Shown one piece after another: positions 21,674-46,300 of a stretch of 64,000 nucleotides of DNA. The notes below the pieces were generated by a model that did not search any database, was not told the DNA's origin, and saw only the letters and a program-made list of their open reading frames with translations. Positions within the stretch are counted from its first letter, which is position 1; every line of letters begins with the position of its first letter. A program made the position numbers and the translations under genes. The DNA is from Pocillopora damicornis. Taxonomy: Eukaryota. The stretch spans positions 310,001 to 374,000 of the forward strand of contig NW_020846461.1 of NCBI RefSeq assembly GCF_003704095.1. Direction: 5' to 3'.

Positions 21674-24600
21674 TTAGACGAGGAGTCGGATTCGCTCTTA
21701 TCTATAGTTATCTCCAAAGTTAGCGCTTTCTTTCAAGGAAAAACGCACAGCACCGACATCAAAAACATACGCAACACATTCACAAGAGCACGTAGATAGC
21801 AACCGGCGGAAAACTGTCCGAATGGAGTATTCTACAAGGATGCATTTCAAAAGACAAATTATTTCACATCCTAATAAATGAAATCACAGAAACGACAAAA
21901 CTTTGTATTTACAATTATCCTCCATGATTTGAAATGTTAAGGAAGCCTAGATACAAGCTATGACTATTCTTGAACTAATCTATATCAAACTAAAGGTTTT
22001 TAGCAAAATCCAATTGAGTGTCCTACGTACAAAATCTAGACTATCTTTGCATATCTTAAATAAGCTCTGTGATTGGTCAGGAAAAACTCGCACCATCCTC
22101 ACGACCAATCAGATCCAGGGCTAAACATCAATCGCGACTTGGCAACGTACGTTTTCCCGCGCTTTCAGCTGCTTGGTTGTTTTACTTTGAGATCCCACTG
22201 GGCATTAAACCTGAGTATGAGTTGTATGTAGTCTCGTACCCAGTCCTTCCACCTTATCAGTGCCAAATAAGACGTAGAGAAGAGTGTGGAGAATATGGAT
22301 GCTGATGTTAGTGTGCAAGGGGTTAAACGAGCTGATGATGTGTTATTGGTGATTTCCCATGAAGAACCATACACGTGTTAGACCGCCACAAATAAACTAG
22401 AGGCTTAAAAGAACACACTGGAGTCCTCTGGCTCCCCAATTAATGAGGACTTCTCCCAGGCTTCCATTCGTCAGGTCGTCAGGTTGTAAAGTGCAGTATA
22501 CTAGGAAGTTCTAGCGGGGAGCCTTCCATCTTGCCACCTTATAGGTGGGCCTAAATCTGCCATCGGCATTAGCACTTAGACATAAGCTGATGATTTGATT
22601 TCTAAAGTTGGTTGTTTCACTTCACAAAACAAGCAAACGTTCAGAATTCAAACTGTGGTAAGTGTAATGTGTGATTAATAATTTGTTGCATCATCTACTC
22701 ACTGTGAGGAAGTTTTACAACACATATTTCCAAGCCTTTATCTATAATTACTTCTGCCTTCAAACGAACTATTATTTAGGGGATTATCAACTGAGGGATT
22801 AGTATACCAACGCTTTGAAGAGCGGCCGAGGGACGTGATGTTAATGATAGTTCATCTACATTTCTAAATCTTGGTAAAGCAAGAAAGGAAATTCGCAATA
22901 AACAACACAAGGGCTCTTGATATAAATAAATCGCTAAGGCAGATTAACACGGCACGATTGTTACTTACAATCGGCTACCTTAAGATGTAACATCGACATC
23001 GATCATGCCGTCGGAGTCATACACTGACGACTCTTTGACAGTCGTGCATACGAAAAGCTGCCATTCGCATGACTGGCATGCGATATTCTATAATAAAAAA
23101 GTGGAGTGGACCGTTTTTTATGTTATCATGACGACCTTTATGAGGACAGCAAAGGGGGGACATACGTGATCAGATCGTGGAAAATAACTCTCAAACACAA
23201 GCACCATATATAGGTTGACATTTAACACCGCACTGTTTTTTTAAAACGAATTAAGTGTTAATACTTATCTGGAGCTGGTCAAAACAGTTCGAAAACGTCT
23301 GTCTGAAATCACTGACAGACAACCTGATTTGTGTCTAGAAACGAAGATTGTTCCCCATTCAAAATTATCTTGAGAGCGGATTTTTAAAATGCTCAGAAAT
23401 ATTCACTGCATGTCGTTAAACCTCCTTTTGGTTTTTTGGATTGTTTAATTAAAAAAAAAAAAAGCGGGGAATGTCCCAGATCTTAAACTCAGATGAAATA
23501 CTTGGCTATTTCACGTTGTTACTTAAAAAAAAAATGACAAAGTATACAGAAATGCACTACGGATACATGTACATCCAATGCTCTGCTCACAATATGTATG
23601 ATTTTTGTTATTATCATTATTATTTCTTTTTAACTGATTAGGATTGTAATATGTCCTCACTTAAGTTATTTTTAACAATCTTTGTTTTCGCCCCAGGGAA
23701 ATTTTTATTTCAGTATCTTCAATTTAGTTTCAATAGTCATACCATCAGAACACTGAAAAAAGACACAACTCTTTTTTTTCTAGGTAAGAAGCTGGAAAGA
23801 AATTCAGTTCATCTCTGAAAACTGAAATATTCTGGACTGGAACTCGATGAAATTTTGTGACAGAGGACTCAGAAATACAAAAATTCTCAGAAGTTGAGCA
23901 ATTTTTACTTTTCATCCACTTTAACATGACTTCATCCATGTTTTTGAGCCGATCAGAAGTTAATCCTTTGTAATAACACCAGCTGTTTGCATCCATCTTT
24001 GTTTTTCAGGGAGTTTTTTGATTCTGGTTTCATTCGTCAAACGGCCGGAATACTAAACTCGGCGAGCCTTAAGTGTCACGTTTTCATAAGGTTAGCAGCT
24101 AAATAAACTAATTCATCGATATTGTCCTCTCTTTCTCAGTTCTGACATATTTCTGAAATGAACTTGATTACATTTGGCAACGACGGATTTATTAGTGAGA
24201 GCAATCTTTGAACCGGTGAAAATTTTTTGGGCTGCAATAGTCGACATAGTCTATATGGACTTAGATCTTTTATGATTATTTTACCAGTCAAGTTAATATT
24301 TTGTTCTTCATCCGAGTGATTCTAGCTTTTTGCATCCATCCTTCCTTTACTGGTGTTATTTCAGATTCTTACTTTTGGTTTCTGTAGTCACACAGCCAAC
24401 ACATTAAACTTGGTTGGGATCCAAACAATCTCAGAAATTCAGGAAGACTTTTCTTTACTTTCTGTAGGCAAAATTAATTGGTTTTCACCGCCTCAAACTC
24501 TCACCTCCAAGATCTGATTAGTGGTTCTCTTAAAGAATTTGATGTTGGATCAAGATGACATCCTTAAGATGGTCATTTTTTGTTATTGATCTCATCGCCT

Positions 24601-25097
24601 TTTCAAATGTTATGTTTTGATATTTTAATATCATAAAAGGAGAAATTACTTGTGAATCACCTCTGACAGTTAGAGGGTTAAAACAGAGACGGGGAAAATA
24701 AAATTTTTAAAAGCAGAACAGTCTGATTTAAAATGCACGAGCTCCAGTCCTTTACTTTTTATGTTATGAGAAAATAACAAAGTGGTGGTATTGTAGTCTT
24801 AGCTTTTCAACGTTTCTTTTTTTCTACGGATCAAGTCCTTACTTTGTAATAACACTATATTATTTGCATTCATCAGCGACGGAGCAAGTTTTACGACGCT
24901 TGTAAAAAAGACAGGAAAAAATTTTTCACAATCTATGAAATGATATTAACGAATACTTCTAGACATCGACTATAGGTTTCACTGAAGCACATTTAATTTG
25001 AATTAGGCGCGCACACATAAAACATCAGAAAGAATCAGTATTGATAAGAACTAATTTTAAACTGTTTTGTATATTGTTATGCCATCTGGTGAATTTT

Positions 25098-25230
25098 TAA
25101 AATTTCCGCACAGCCCCATACTATTGTAAAACAAATCTGTTTTCCCAATGGCAATGTATTGTTTTTTTCATTGTTTCCTCCATCCAAGAACTGAATGCAT
25201 AATGTAGTATGGGGCTGTGCGGAAATTTTA
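25098..25230. repeat. Perfect 26-nt inverted repeat with 81-nt spacer (MITE-like)
   Basis: TAAAATTTCCGCACAGCCCCATACTA (25098-25123) and its exact reverse complement (25205-25230). Confidence 0.85.
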
Positions 25231-25431
25231 CCAATTTTCCCAACGGAAATATACGAGCGAGAGCTGCACGTGTCGAATCCTATTGTACAGGGTCTCAAAA
25301 TTTGTTATTTTTTATTACTCCAGCTCACTTTGTTCAGAATTAATTGTTTCATGAGTTTAGCCGCAAACGCTAATCACTCGTATCCAACTGAAAAAATTAG
25401 CTGACATTACACATTGTTGTTTAAGTCACAT

Positions 25432-25473
25432 GGTGAATATCAGAAGGCTAAAGAATATCACGAGAAAGCACTG
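25432..25473 (+). pseudogene. Isolated TPR repeat remnant
   Basis: Translates GEYQKAKEYHEKAL, matching the TPR consensus GQYDKAREYQEKAL. Confidence 0.6.
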
Positions 25474-27031
25474 TTAACTTTAGACTGATGCCAATGCCTC
25501 CTCCTATTTTCCAAAATTTTGAACAGAACTATAGAGGGCACAACCCTGGCACAACTTCAAGTGGGCTTATCTTACGAAGTTTTAACGAGGTCATAGTAAC
25601 CATCAGATTAATGGCAGCAATTTTATATTTGAATAATAAGGAACAGCGTTATTCCTTATAACGCCCACAACAACTCGGTAAGAATAAAGTAAAAGTACCA
25701 AAGCTCTAGAGATGTGGCTAACCGATATGTGTGGGCAGTTCATACTCTGAACTTAGGTTGGTTGTTATGAAAACCGTCTCAGGGTTCTCTAAGTTAGAAA
25801 ATGCTTGGGATAATTTTAAACAACTACTCACCGTTCTGGAGGTGGCTGGTGGCGGATATTTCAAGTACCGAGACATGCAGCGGCTAGGCCTGTCGCGATT
25901 TTGCTCGCAAAATACTGAAAAGTTGCCAAGACTTACCAAATATTGCCAAAAATTTCCCAAAATCAAAAACTTGCTGACTAAATTTTTTGGTACCTTTATA
26001 CGTTAATTAAAAGCTTGATTATTTGATCTTCGTGGTGATTGCCAACATCGGTCATGGAAAGTAGCTTAAAAATTAGCTTTAAAGAGTTGCACGCAAATAT
26101 GGGCAAAACTTAAGGATACTCTTAACTCTAGCAGAACAAAACAGTTGGTTAATTCATTTGTGTTAAAAAAGGTTGATAATCGTTCAACAAATTTTCATAA
26201 ATCGAAGTTTTCTATGAAATCGTTGACTTTTCGTTCTTCCTATATTTCACTCAAAACAGGCAGAAATTGTTCGATGTCGAGAACCAAACGTCAAAAGTTT
26301 CTCAAAAGTTACCGAGAAAAATTGGGAAAGGTCTGACAGTAGCGAGGTAAATATCTACCGTTAGCCACTGACAATGAGGCGAATAGTTTTTCAGTATATA
26401 TTTAAAAGGTGAGATAATGTAACACAGTGAGATGATTTTAACTCATTTGTTCCTGCAACGATTACAACATTTTCGGGCGTAAATCCCGCGCGAGTTGCTC
26501 TGAGTTGAATAGCTCGGGATATTCGGGGTTTGAGTAGCCAATCATAGCGCGCCTTCCACGCTATTCATTTTTTAAGTACATAAAACATACTACTATATGT
26601 TATATATTATATTCCATTTACAGCTTCGTATGTGGGAGAACTCTTCTCCCAACATGGAATCACAAGGAAAGAAAATTATACCATGAAGTGATCTCTTTAT
26701 ATTTTTATTTTTCATCATTGAAAAAGACTTCAACACTAGTTTTAAATATTGAATATTTGTATCACTAGCGTTCTAAAAAAGCTTACTCATGAATTTTGCC
26801 TGGGACTCACTCTATTTAAAAATAACACCAAATACAAAACCTGAAATTAAAATCCAACTCGTTGTTCCAGAATGATACAGCGCTCACTCAACCAAATAAT
26901 CACAGACAAAAATAATATAATAGATAATACTTAATACCATGCAGTGTTCACATATTTTTCCTTTTACCTGCACGTCTGGCAATCTCGTGAAAAAACAATG
27001 AATTTCCAAATAATGATTCTCGATTAGATCG

Positions 27032-27976
27032 CTACTCAGCGAATGTGACAGACTTGTGTGAGTCATATGGTCTCCTGAACAAGTCCCTTGAATTTGAGTG
27101 AGGAGTAAAAGCAACAAACGGTTCACTGAGGCCTCTCTCGCGCATTACCGATGTTGACTGACCAGAGAGATCAAAACTTCGCTTCCAAGGCCAAGTCAAG
27201 TGATGTTCATTGGTTTTTAGCATCAGTTTTTCTTTGACTGGTTTATTTGCTGTGGGTTTAGAAGCTAAATAACGTTTAGTTCGTGTTTTTAGACACAAAT
27301 GTCGACTGTTCATCAAGGTTTTCCAGCTGGCAGGCTTTGAGTAGAACACTTCTAAGTTTGATGTAATTTTGCTGACGTGAGGTAGCCTTGTGGTGGACTC
27401 ATCCGTCTTTGTACATTCGTTTGTATTTCTTGTTTGTTTGCATGATCCCTCCACTTCAGAATCATTTTGATCTATGGTGAGTTGTTGAAAATGAGTTTTG
27501 TCTGGGACACCAAGTGATTCGTACAATCTCTTCATTAACTCATGTACAACATCTTCGTTACTAAGATCAATGACGTCTGGTGAAGGCGCCTTTGGTTTGA
27601 CCCTCACTTTCTCAGTTTTAGATCTTGTCGTCTTTGCATTGCTCAGCGAACTGTCCTTATGTGTTGAAGTACCAAGTGGTACTGACACTCGTCTTGTTAA
27701 CTTTTTCTGATTACTTGAAAGTTTCCCAGATTTGGTGACATCGTCTGCAGCATCTTCGCCGCTTCTCACGGCGGCAACAGAGTCCTTCACCTCAGAATTG
27801 TCGATGATGTATGGCTCTGAGTTGACGCGGATCCTTCGTTTCGATGGACTTTTTGGTATCAAACCTCTTCCATATGATGTGGATTGGTTTAAAACTTCGT
27901 TTTCGCCTATGCATGGAAGTAAACCCCTGGACTTTTCGTTTCTCTCTCCACTATGTGAACTGTATTTGGAAGCCAT
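27032..27976 (-). CDS. Uncharacterised single-exon Ser/Lys/Thr-rich, probably disordered protein (314 aa from the first ATG)
   Basis: 945-nt open frame in AT-rich DNA. No recognisable domain. Confidence 0.7.
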   Translation of the reverse strand: MASKYSSHSGERNEKSRGLLPCIGENEVLNQSTSYGRGLIPKSPSKRRIRVNSEPYIIDNSEVKDSVAAVRSGEDAADDVTKSGKLSSNQKKLTRRVSVPLGTSTHKDSSLSNAKTTRSKTEKVRVKPKAPSPDVIDLSNEDVVHELMKRLYESLGVPDKTHFQQLTIDQNDSEVEGSCKQTRNTNECTKTDESTTRLPHVSKITSNLEVFYSKPASWKTLMNSRHLCLKTRTKRYLASKPTANKPVKEKLMLKTNEHHLTWPWKRSFDLSGQSTSVMRERGLSEPFVAFTPHSNSRDLFRRPYDSHKSVTFAE

Positions 27977-29038
27977 ACGGTCATATCGCAAAAAATTCTT
28001 CGGATAAATATCTTTGTATCAACTTTCACAGACGACAGAATGATCGTGATTAACCTTTTGCATTCCAAGTTAATAATACTCTTAGCTCTTTTTACACGAG
28101 ATAATTGGTTTTCACATAAGTTATTTAAGTAAGGAAACAACAATAACCCACAAATCACCTTTAATTTCATTACCATAGTAACCAAACCTATTACAGGAAC
28201 CGTTCCAAGATTCAAAATGCTGCGTAGCCTCTGAAATGATCCCTAAAATAGACAAAAGAACCATAAACATTTCTAAAATTCTGAATTGAAATTACCTTGC
28301 ATTTAAACGAAATTCGTGTTCGACTGATCTGTGGTTGCCCAATGATTAGCACCTTCTTAATTAAGGAAGACATAATTTATCCATCGTTCAAACAATAAAA
28401 TCTTTGAAATCGCTTCTAAATATATTTTGCGCTGCTTTCCTTCTTTCGCTTTATCTTTATTTTGTCATTCTTAATTGCCCTACTTACTCGGGTAAATATA
28501 TTAAGCAGACACACCAAACAAACTCTGTAGTCCAGTAACATGAGCTCTTCTGTGTGAGCATGTGGAGCAACAGATATCTGCCATCTGGCACCTCGGTATA
28601 AACAGTGAATCCCACGGGTAACAAGTCATTGAGGTAGAAAGGCTCAGATACGCGAGAGAGATTACCTGATTAACACAAAACTGAGGGACACACGAGGTGC
28701 AGGCTGCCCGCCCCAGACTCCTCTTTCTGAGTTCTAAGAGGCTCATTCCCAGAGAACTGATGCAAACTTGTATCAAATCATCCTGAAAAATGCAGTCAAG
28801 ATCTTTAAAACACCACTTATTCATCTGGGTCACACCATACATATAACGTCAAATGTATGATTTATTAAGCATAGGCTTACACTTTCTACCGGTTTACTGG
28901 CTCTTCTTCAAAGGAGATCTTTTAGAGACACATGCAAAGAAATCCACTTCTTAAATGCTACGGAACTTTATCGATTTAAAGCTGTCTGGGTAAATTTACT
29001 CAACGAACATTTGGTTCCCCAAATGTATCCCAGCATTG

Positions 29039-29122
29039 TAGCTTACGTGTAGCCGTACCCTCCTCCCCCCCAAGGAGAAACGTTTCTCCTTGAGGGGGAT
29101 GGGTACGGCTACACGTAGGGTA
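29039..29122. repeat. Near-perfect 84-nt palindromic hairpin MITE
   Basis: TACGTGTAGCCGTACCC..CAAGGAGAAA-CG-TTTCTCCTTG..GGGTACGGCTACACGTA, flanked by TA. Confidence 0.85.
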
Positions 29123-29795
29123 CCATAAACGAAGGCCGCTGTTCATTTATCAAGTGAAAAACTGATAGCTATGAAACGAAAGGGAAATGCATTTCTTTCC
29201 TAAAACAAAGGAAGAATTCAGACTTGTAGAAATCAGTCGAGAAAGGCTCTGGAGGTCGTGTGCTGGAGTAAAGCACTCATGTCGTCTGCAAATATTCTAA
29301 AAGTGAGTTCTTCCGTGCTTTTTTAACTTAAAATTCCACATTCCTGATACAATATTTATAACTTTTATTACTTAACTTAGAATGTCAACAGTATATACGA
29401 AGTTATTTGAGGTTTTTTTTCCCTAAGTTTGCTTTGTTTGTTTGTGCGTCATAAAAAATTCGAGTGCAACATCGTTTAACTAAACATATTGTCCAGTCGA
29501 TGTTTGGGCTGATTATGGCAGTTCTAATGGCCATACCCTATATTTTTTCCAATTTTTTTTCGTGTAGAGTCCTTTAGAAGTTTCCTCTATATTGTGTATG
29601 CATGGGCACTCGGCATGATCGATGACATTGAAAAGCTCCTGGATGTTTTGTCCGTAATGAAGATAATCCAGCGATCAATGATCCAATATTTGGAGAAACT
29701 CTTATGCCAGTCCGACAAAGAAGAGGATTAACAGTGTGGAGACACTGTTCGTAAATCCTGTGAAGAGTCAGCCTGGTTATAAGAAGCATTTCTAA

Positions 29796-40182
<10,387 letters not shown>

Positions 40183-40343
40183 ATTAGATCATATGATCGC
40201 AAGAGCTATCCTCGATTATTTGTAATCTTATGATGCTCGGAGAATCGCTCTTTGCCACGTGAAGTTGTTAGTGGTCAGCGGATAAGAATGGCCATACTTT
40301 TGGATATGTCTGGTGTTTAATGTGTCCGAGAGAGATAACCAAG
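40183..40343. promoter_or_regulatory. Compact bidirectional promoter
   Basis: Only 161 nt between divergent ATGs. E-box GCCACGTG at ~40254. YY1-type CAAGATGGCGG overlaps the + strand ATG. Confidence 0.7.
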
Positions 40344-43300
40344 ATGGCGGACGGAAGGATTCAGGATGAACTTACAAAGATTCGATTGAAAATTCTCCAA
40401 CAAGTGAGTTAAATTCTGTGACATTAAATGTGCAAGCTTTGATTTAATTCGTGGTTTTCTGTCCTCTGCGGTCAATTTTAAGAAAATGAGAAGCCAGTCA
40501 AGTGGAAACGTAGAAGGACAGCGCATAGATTTCTATGATCAACCTGCAATGACAAGTTCTACAGCTGGTGAGGATAGCTAAAGCTAATAGATATCACAAG
40601 TGTAACGGTATTGGTTTCAGCCATTTTTCCGCTTTTGTCTATTAAAGTTGTCGGCTTACCTTGTTCGGCAAGAGAGCACGAGTGTGAGTGCCTATTGCTT
40701 TTGTAAACGTTTTCATCAAATGGTCATTTTATGATATGAAGCAATTATTGGATAAGGTTGAGCAAAATATCATTAATTATCAAAACTGAGGTCCGAGTTA
40801 TTTGCCGAAGTCCAAGACTGAGGCAGAAGATAACGTGGACACAGGGTTTGATAATTCATGATATCATGCAAAAGCGAATCCAATAACTGTATTTTCATAA
40901 ATTTTTTTTAAGTTATCTGCAATCTCTCTGAGTTTGAAAAGTTTGAGAACTCTACATAGACGAGGGGCTTGAAAACTAGGTCATGAGAAATGCAATCTCT
41001 GCTACATACATAGATATTGAAGTTATCATGTCAACTTTGTTTAATAATTGAATACTCTCAACCAACTAAGCCCAATGCATAATTATACTAATCAGAAGTA
41101 CCTGCATTTACTTCCTTTTCCTTGTCTTATCAGATTATGTTTACCACATGATTTTGTCACAGAAAATTTTTGTTATTTTTATGGTCGTGTAGGTTTCCAT
41201 CAGCAACTGCAAGCTGAAACTCTAAAGAGTAAACAACTTCTTCAAAGAGTTAAGGTACAGTATACCTATTCTTTGCCTCTCTCACTGTAATAAATGTAGT
41301 GTTGAGAGTTCAACATGTTCAATGTTTGATAAAGCTGTGTGGGTTCTTACCTTAGTTGGGCCATTTTGTTGTGTTTTTGGGGTGAGACAGTGTATCCTCA
41401 ATGTGCCTTTCTCTACCTAGTTTGGAAGTGCATTTTTTAGGATGGCTAGCAACCTCTTTCACAGGTCTCAGATTATGTACATCATCAGTGAGGGTTTATG
41501 TTCCTGTATATGTTGATAGAGGCAACGGTGTTTTTTACCAAAATGAATATGGTTTACACCATACAAACCACATTTAAATTTGCACAAGATTCTGTTGCTT
41601 AACTGAGGGAAGCTACCATTATATTTATCCAATCACATCAGTGGTCTTTTTGCCTTATAAGGTGAGATGCCATCCATGATTCATGATCATGAAGTTTAAG
41701 TGGGAACCATGTGACCAGTTCTCTGATCCTTGTAAGGCATTGTGAGACTGTCCAATGTGGTTTGGCCTAGGTTTGGAGGGGACTGTAGATTGGATCACTT
41801 AATAAGTTTGTTTCTTTAACATGTAAATTTGATGATGATGATAATGAAGCTGTCAAAATGTCATGTAACTTTTTATTCTTAACTTTCCTTTAAAAGTGTT
41901 TTTCTATCACCCTTTATTGATTGTATCTCTACAACATAATTTTTTTTGCCAAAGGAAGAAAGAGAGAAGCAGCTGCAGAAGCCATCAATACAAACCCAAA
42001 ATGATGACTATATGAAAGGTGACTAAAATTTATCAGACATTAATAGGGGTGAATAAGAATTATTAATGACCTTTTTATTTCACCAACCAGTGACTCAAGA
42101 GTGCAACATGTAATCAGAATTGCTGCTTTATTCATGCAAGCCAAAGTGAATCACATATAGGCACCATGACTTAGAGCATGCTCGTAATTTGATTCCTGCA
42201 GCTTACTTTTCTCAACTTCACATTTCAAAACACATTTGAATGGTTTTATTCCCTATATGGGATGATGATACCCTGAAATATAATATTACATGAAAACATC
42301 TTTAGTTAGTGCTTTGAGAAAAACCCACTCAGGTATCTCATATCAGTTTGAGGGAGCTTTTCTTGTTGATATTCTATTTATAACCGTATCAAGATGTGGT
42401 AAGGACAACACCATGATCACTGTTTTTTAAATTTTTCCAAGATATGATGGCTAGTATGATGTCCCAGAATGTACAGCTTCAACAGTTACTATTGCAACAG
42501 ATGGTCTTACAACCTGGAAAATCAATCAATACAGAAGGAACACAACAGCAAAGGTAGCTTTAATGTAAAACTTTTATAACACACTGATACTTCATAAACA
42601 TAAAATTAATTAATTTTTTATATTTATTCCATTTCTCAGTCCCTAGTAACTGTTATTTCCATCAAATTTATCAGACACAATGGCTGAGTGATCAGTGTAT
42701 TGGACTGCAGATTGAGGGGTCATTGGGTTGTATTATTTGGAAAGGCACTAAAATTTCATAGTTTCATTATCTACCCAGTGTAACTGGGTAGTGGCTAACA
42801 TTTAGGGAAACCTCTTGGAATATCAGGGAAAACCCTGAGATGGACGGGAATCTTGTCAAGGGCTTCAACCTTCTAGAACTGGGATAAATTTTGGCTGGAA
42901 TGGTTCCCAGGCTCCTAAGCTGGCTATACTTTCTCTTTATTTTTTCAGTAACTACTAAATAAATATTTTTTTCTTTAAAAACAGTTATTGAGTATTGCAG
43001 TAAGTCTGGGCAATGACATTCGGTTAATATTGTTTATAACAAGTTGTATTGATGAGTGGCTCTTTTCCTTTTCCCTTAACCAACATGCTACAATAAAGCT
43101 TGTCAGTTGTCAAACCGGTGGAGATTGAACAAATTGGTCAACGGGAAATGTCTCCATTTACTACTCATGCAACAAACAGGAATCACCAAAGAGGTACTTT
43201 TTTGATTTAATTATTTCAACAGCAGAAATAATTTTGTTGGATAAAATTCACAGTTTTTTATACTAGCATTTAATTCTGCACCTTTTCTGTTTTTTTTTTA

Positions 43301-46300
43301 ACTTTCTTATTAATGTCCTACATAGCCCAAAAAATCTCTCATTGGTTGTTATTATTTCTCCATTGTTTCACATTTATTTCTTGAGGTCTTTCCTCTTAAA
43401 GCAAGCTTCTTATGGGCTAAAATTTTGATTTTAGCTGCACCTGAGCCAGTAGTAAACCACCTGCAAGTTCCTGCTCAAAGAAATCCTGCTCAAAGAAATC
43501 CAGCTCAAAGAAATCCTTCATCAAAAGCAGTGGTAAGTTTTTAAATGTTTCATTGTACCTGTATATATCAAATGCAATTATTTTCTATCTTGTTAAGCTA
43601 CTGTCTATAACAGATACATGTATTTGTTTCCTTTCAGATCAGTGTGTGGCTGATTTATACTTACAGTAATTACTCAAATGAGTGCCACCCTCTCATAATT
43701 GCTTCCCTTAAATAAATGCCTCATTTGAGATGGAAAAAGCTAGATAGAGTCAGTAGCCTGGAGTTAATTATACTGTGTTTATGATGAATTATCATGATGA
43801 GTCACAAATTTTGTATTTTGTCACTGTCATTTGTGTTCAGGTACCAAGAGGTGTTGCAACTCCTGTAAGACCAACAGAAAGACTTCCAGAAACACCAATG
43901 AAACCTCGGTTATCTCTAAGACCAGAAGGATTTCTTAGTAACCAAGTTCACTGGAATGAAGAACAACCATATCCATTTCCTGGATCTAGCAGGGTCAGAA
44001 AATTACGTCATGTTGGTTATGTCGCCTGGGCATGTTTTATTCTTATAGCACTCTTAAAACAAGCTCATCAAAGGCAGCTGAGTGCCACTGAAAACCTCAA
44101 CAGTCTTATAAAACAAGCAATTGATGAACTTCATAGAGAATACTACCTCAGCCATGACTGGTCCATGTACTCTACCATTCAAGATGCTATTACAGATGAA
44201 GCCTTTGATTTTTACATAAAAAATCCAGGTGTTTTTCAGAGACTTTCAAAGGATTCTCAAAGTGCCTTTAAAGAACTCTCATCCATGGTTGAGACCATTA
44301 TTCATAATGTTATTCAGATTAAACCTGATACTGGAATTTTAAGTGCTTCAAGAGAGGGTGTCTTGTGGCTTATGACTCAGGAAGGTGTCTTTCTACCACC
44401 AAACTACCTGTGGCAAGTTGAAAAGGTATTTGAAAGAGGACCCTTTAGTGAAGTTTAATTCACAAAGGCAATTGAGACAGAGGTTGAAGGCTACATGTAA
44501 ATATTTCCTTTATTGTTCAGTTTGTATTTCTGACCTACCTCCCCCCAGCCTGGGTGCCAGTGTCTTGTATAGACATAGCAAGTTTAAGTCATATGAATTT
44601 ATAAGAATTACAAGGGGAGGGGTTAGTATTATTTAGGTGAGGAGCAAAATTAATAATGGTAATAAACCAAGTGGAGTCCAATTTGGTCTGTAATCTTACA
44701 AGTGTTTAAGAAAATTGGATCAAATGAATTGGATGACACAAAGTCCTGTTACCAATCAATCATAACCATTACAATTCCATAAAAAATACAATTAGGGAAA
44801 ATATTTCTCGTGGAGACAATGTCTTCAGTAAAGAATTCCTCCATTTTTTTTAAATTCCCCAGTTTTTATGGTTACTATGATTAATTCTGTGGTTGGTGGA
44901 TTTGGCTGAGTGGACTTAATATGATTGGCTGCTTTAACTGTCCAATTACAGGTTTTCAACTAAAACTGTTTGATTACAACACTACACTTATAATTAGTGA
45001 AAAATAAAGCAGCCAATGCACCAATAATCACATTTGATGAAATTGTAATGGTTATAATCAGTCAAAGTTTTTGTCCATTTAACTGATTACTAGACAGGAG
45101 TAACAATCCTTGAGTCACTTTGTTAACCCTCTGACCCCTATGAGTGAGTCTAGCATGTAATTTCTCCATACAATATCACTCCTGAATCACACAGTAAGGT
45201 CATGAGAATAAAGGAAATGATCACCAACCAGAGAAACTCTTGATTGTTCAAAAAATTCCCCTTGCTTGTACCTTAGGCAATGTATAGAGAACGGTTTGGA
45301 GATTATGCATGTTACGTAAGGGTGTAAAGGGTTAAAGGTAATCATCGTCCAGTAAAAGTTGTCAGTACCAGTGACAAATTTTTTATTTAATGGTGAATAT
45401 CTTGGGTTAAAGGGTTAAATCAGGTTCAGTTTTTCAATAAAAACACAATTACATCTTATTCTGAGCCTGTTATCTTTAATGCTGATTTATAGGATAGCAT
45501 GATGTTCACTGACCAAGGTGCTTTAACTAAAGTGACCAATGAAGTGATCACCATGTTACTGCTGGGCTTGTTTATCTCAAGAGGACTGGTATCTACACTG
45601 CTGTTCAAGCCTACTGAGTATGGACTAATGGATAATACACCCAGTGGTCTGGCACAGTCTAACCTCAAGGTACATGTTTATACAGTGTACCTGAAGATAT
45701 ATTTTTATAATCAATGAAATAATTAGTAGACACAGTAATCAGTATACAGAAATAACCAGTATTCACATTTGCCCTGAAAGCTTCACTTCCTTGCCAAATA
45801 TTCTTTTTTTGGACAATCTCTCAAACGTAAACATAATCAGCCAACAAACATGTGGTCAGAAGAATATTTTCACACCAAATGGAGGCGACTGTTTATATAT
45901 ATTCAAGGTTATCAGATCACAAGTCATGGAGTGTTTTATTGTATTCATGAACAAATATTTGATGAGTGATTGCAAACCAAAATTGTCTTCAGCAGTAATT
46001 CTTGGTGTGGATGAAATTTCATTGTGCTTTTCAGGTCTTGGGAACCATTCTCATGAAAATTGTCCGTGATGTCTCATTAAAGAATAGTAGGAAAGTAATG
46101 GTAAGTTTAACCTGGTGGTCAGTTTTATTATATGGTATNNNNNNNNNNNNNNNNNNNNNNNNNNNNNNNNNNNNNNNNNNNNNNNNNNNNNNNNNNNNNN
46201 NNNNNNNNNNNNNNNNNNNNNNNNNNNNNNNNNNNNNNCATGTCAATCATTAACAACATAACTATTTCTTTGTAGCCTGTAGCCTCAGAGATCAGCTCAC

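Noticed and set aside
28501-28842. 113-aa minus-strand ORF in GC-richer DNA
   Set aside because: No recognisable motif or splice structure; cannot be supported.
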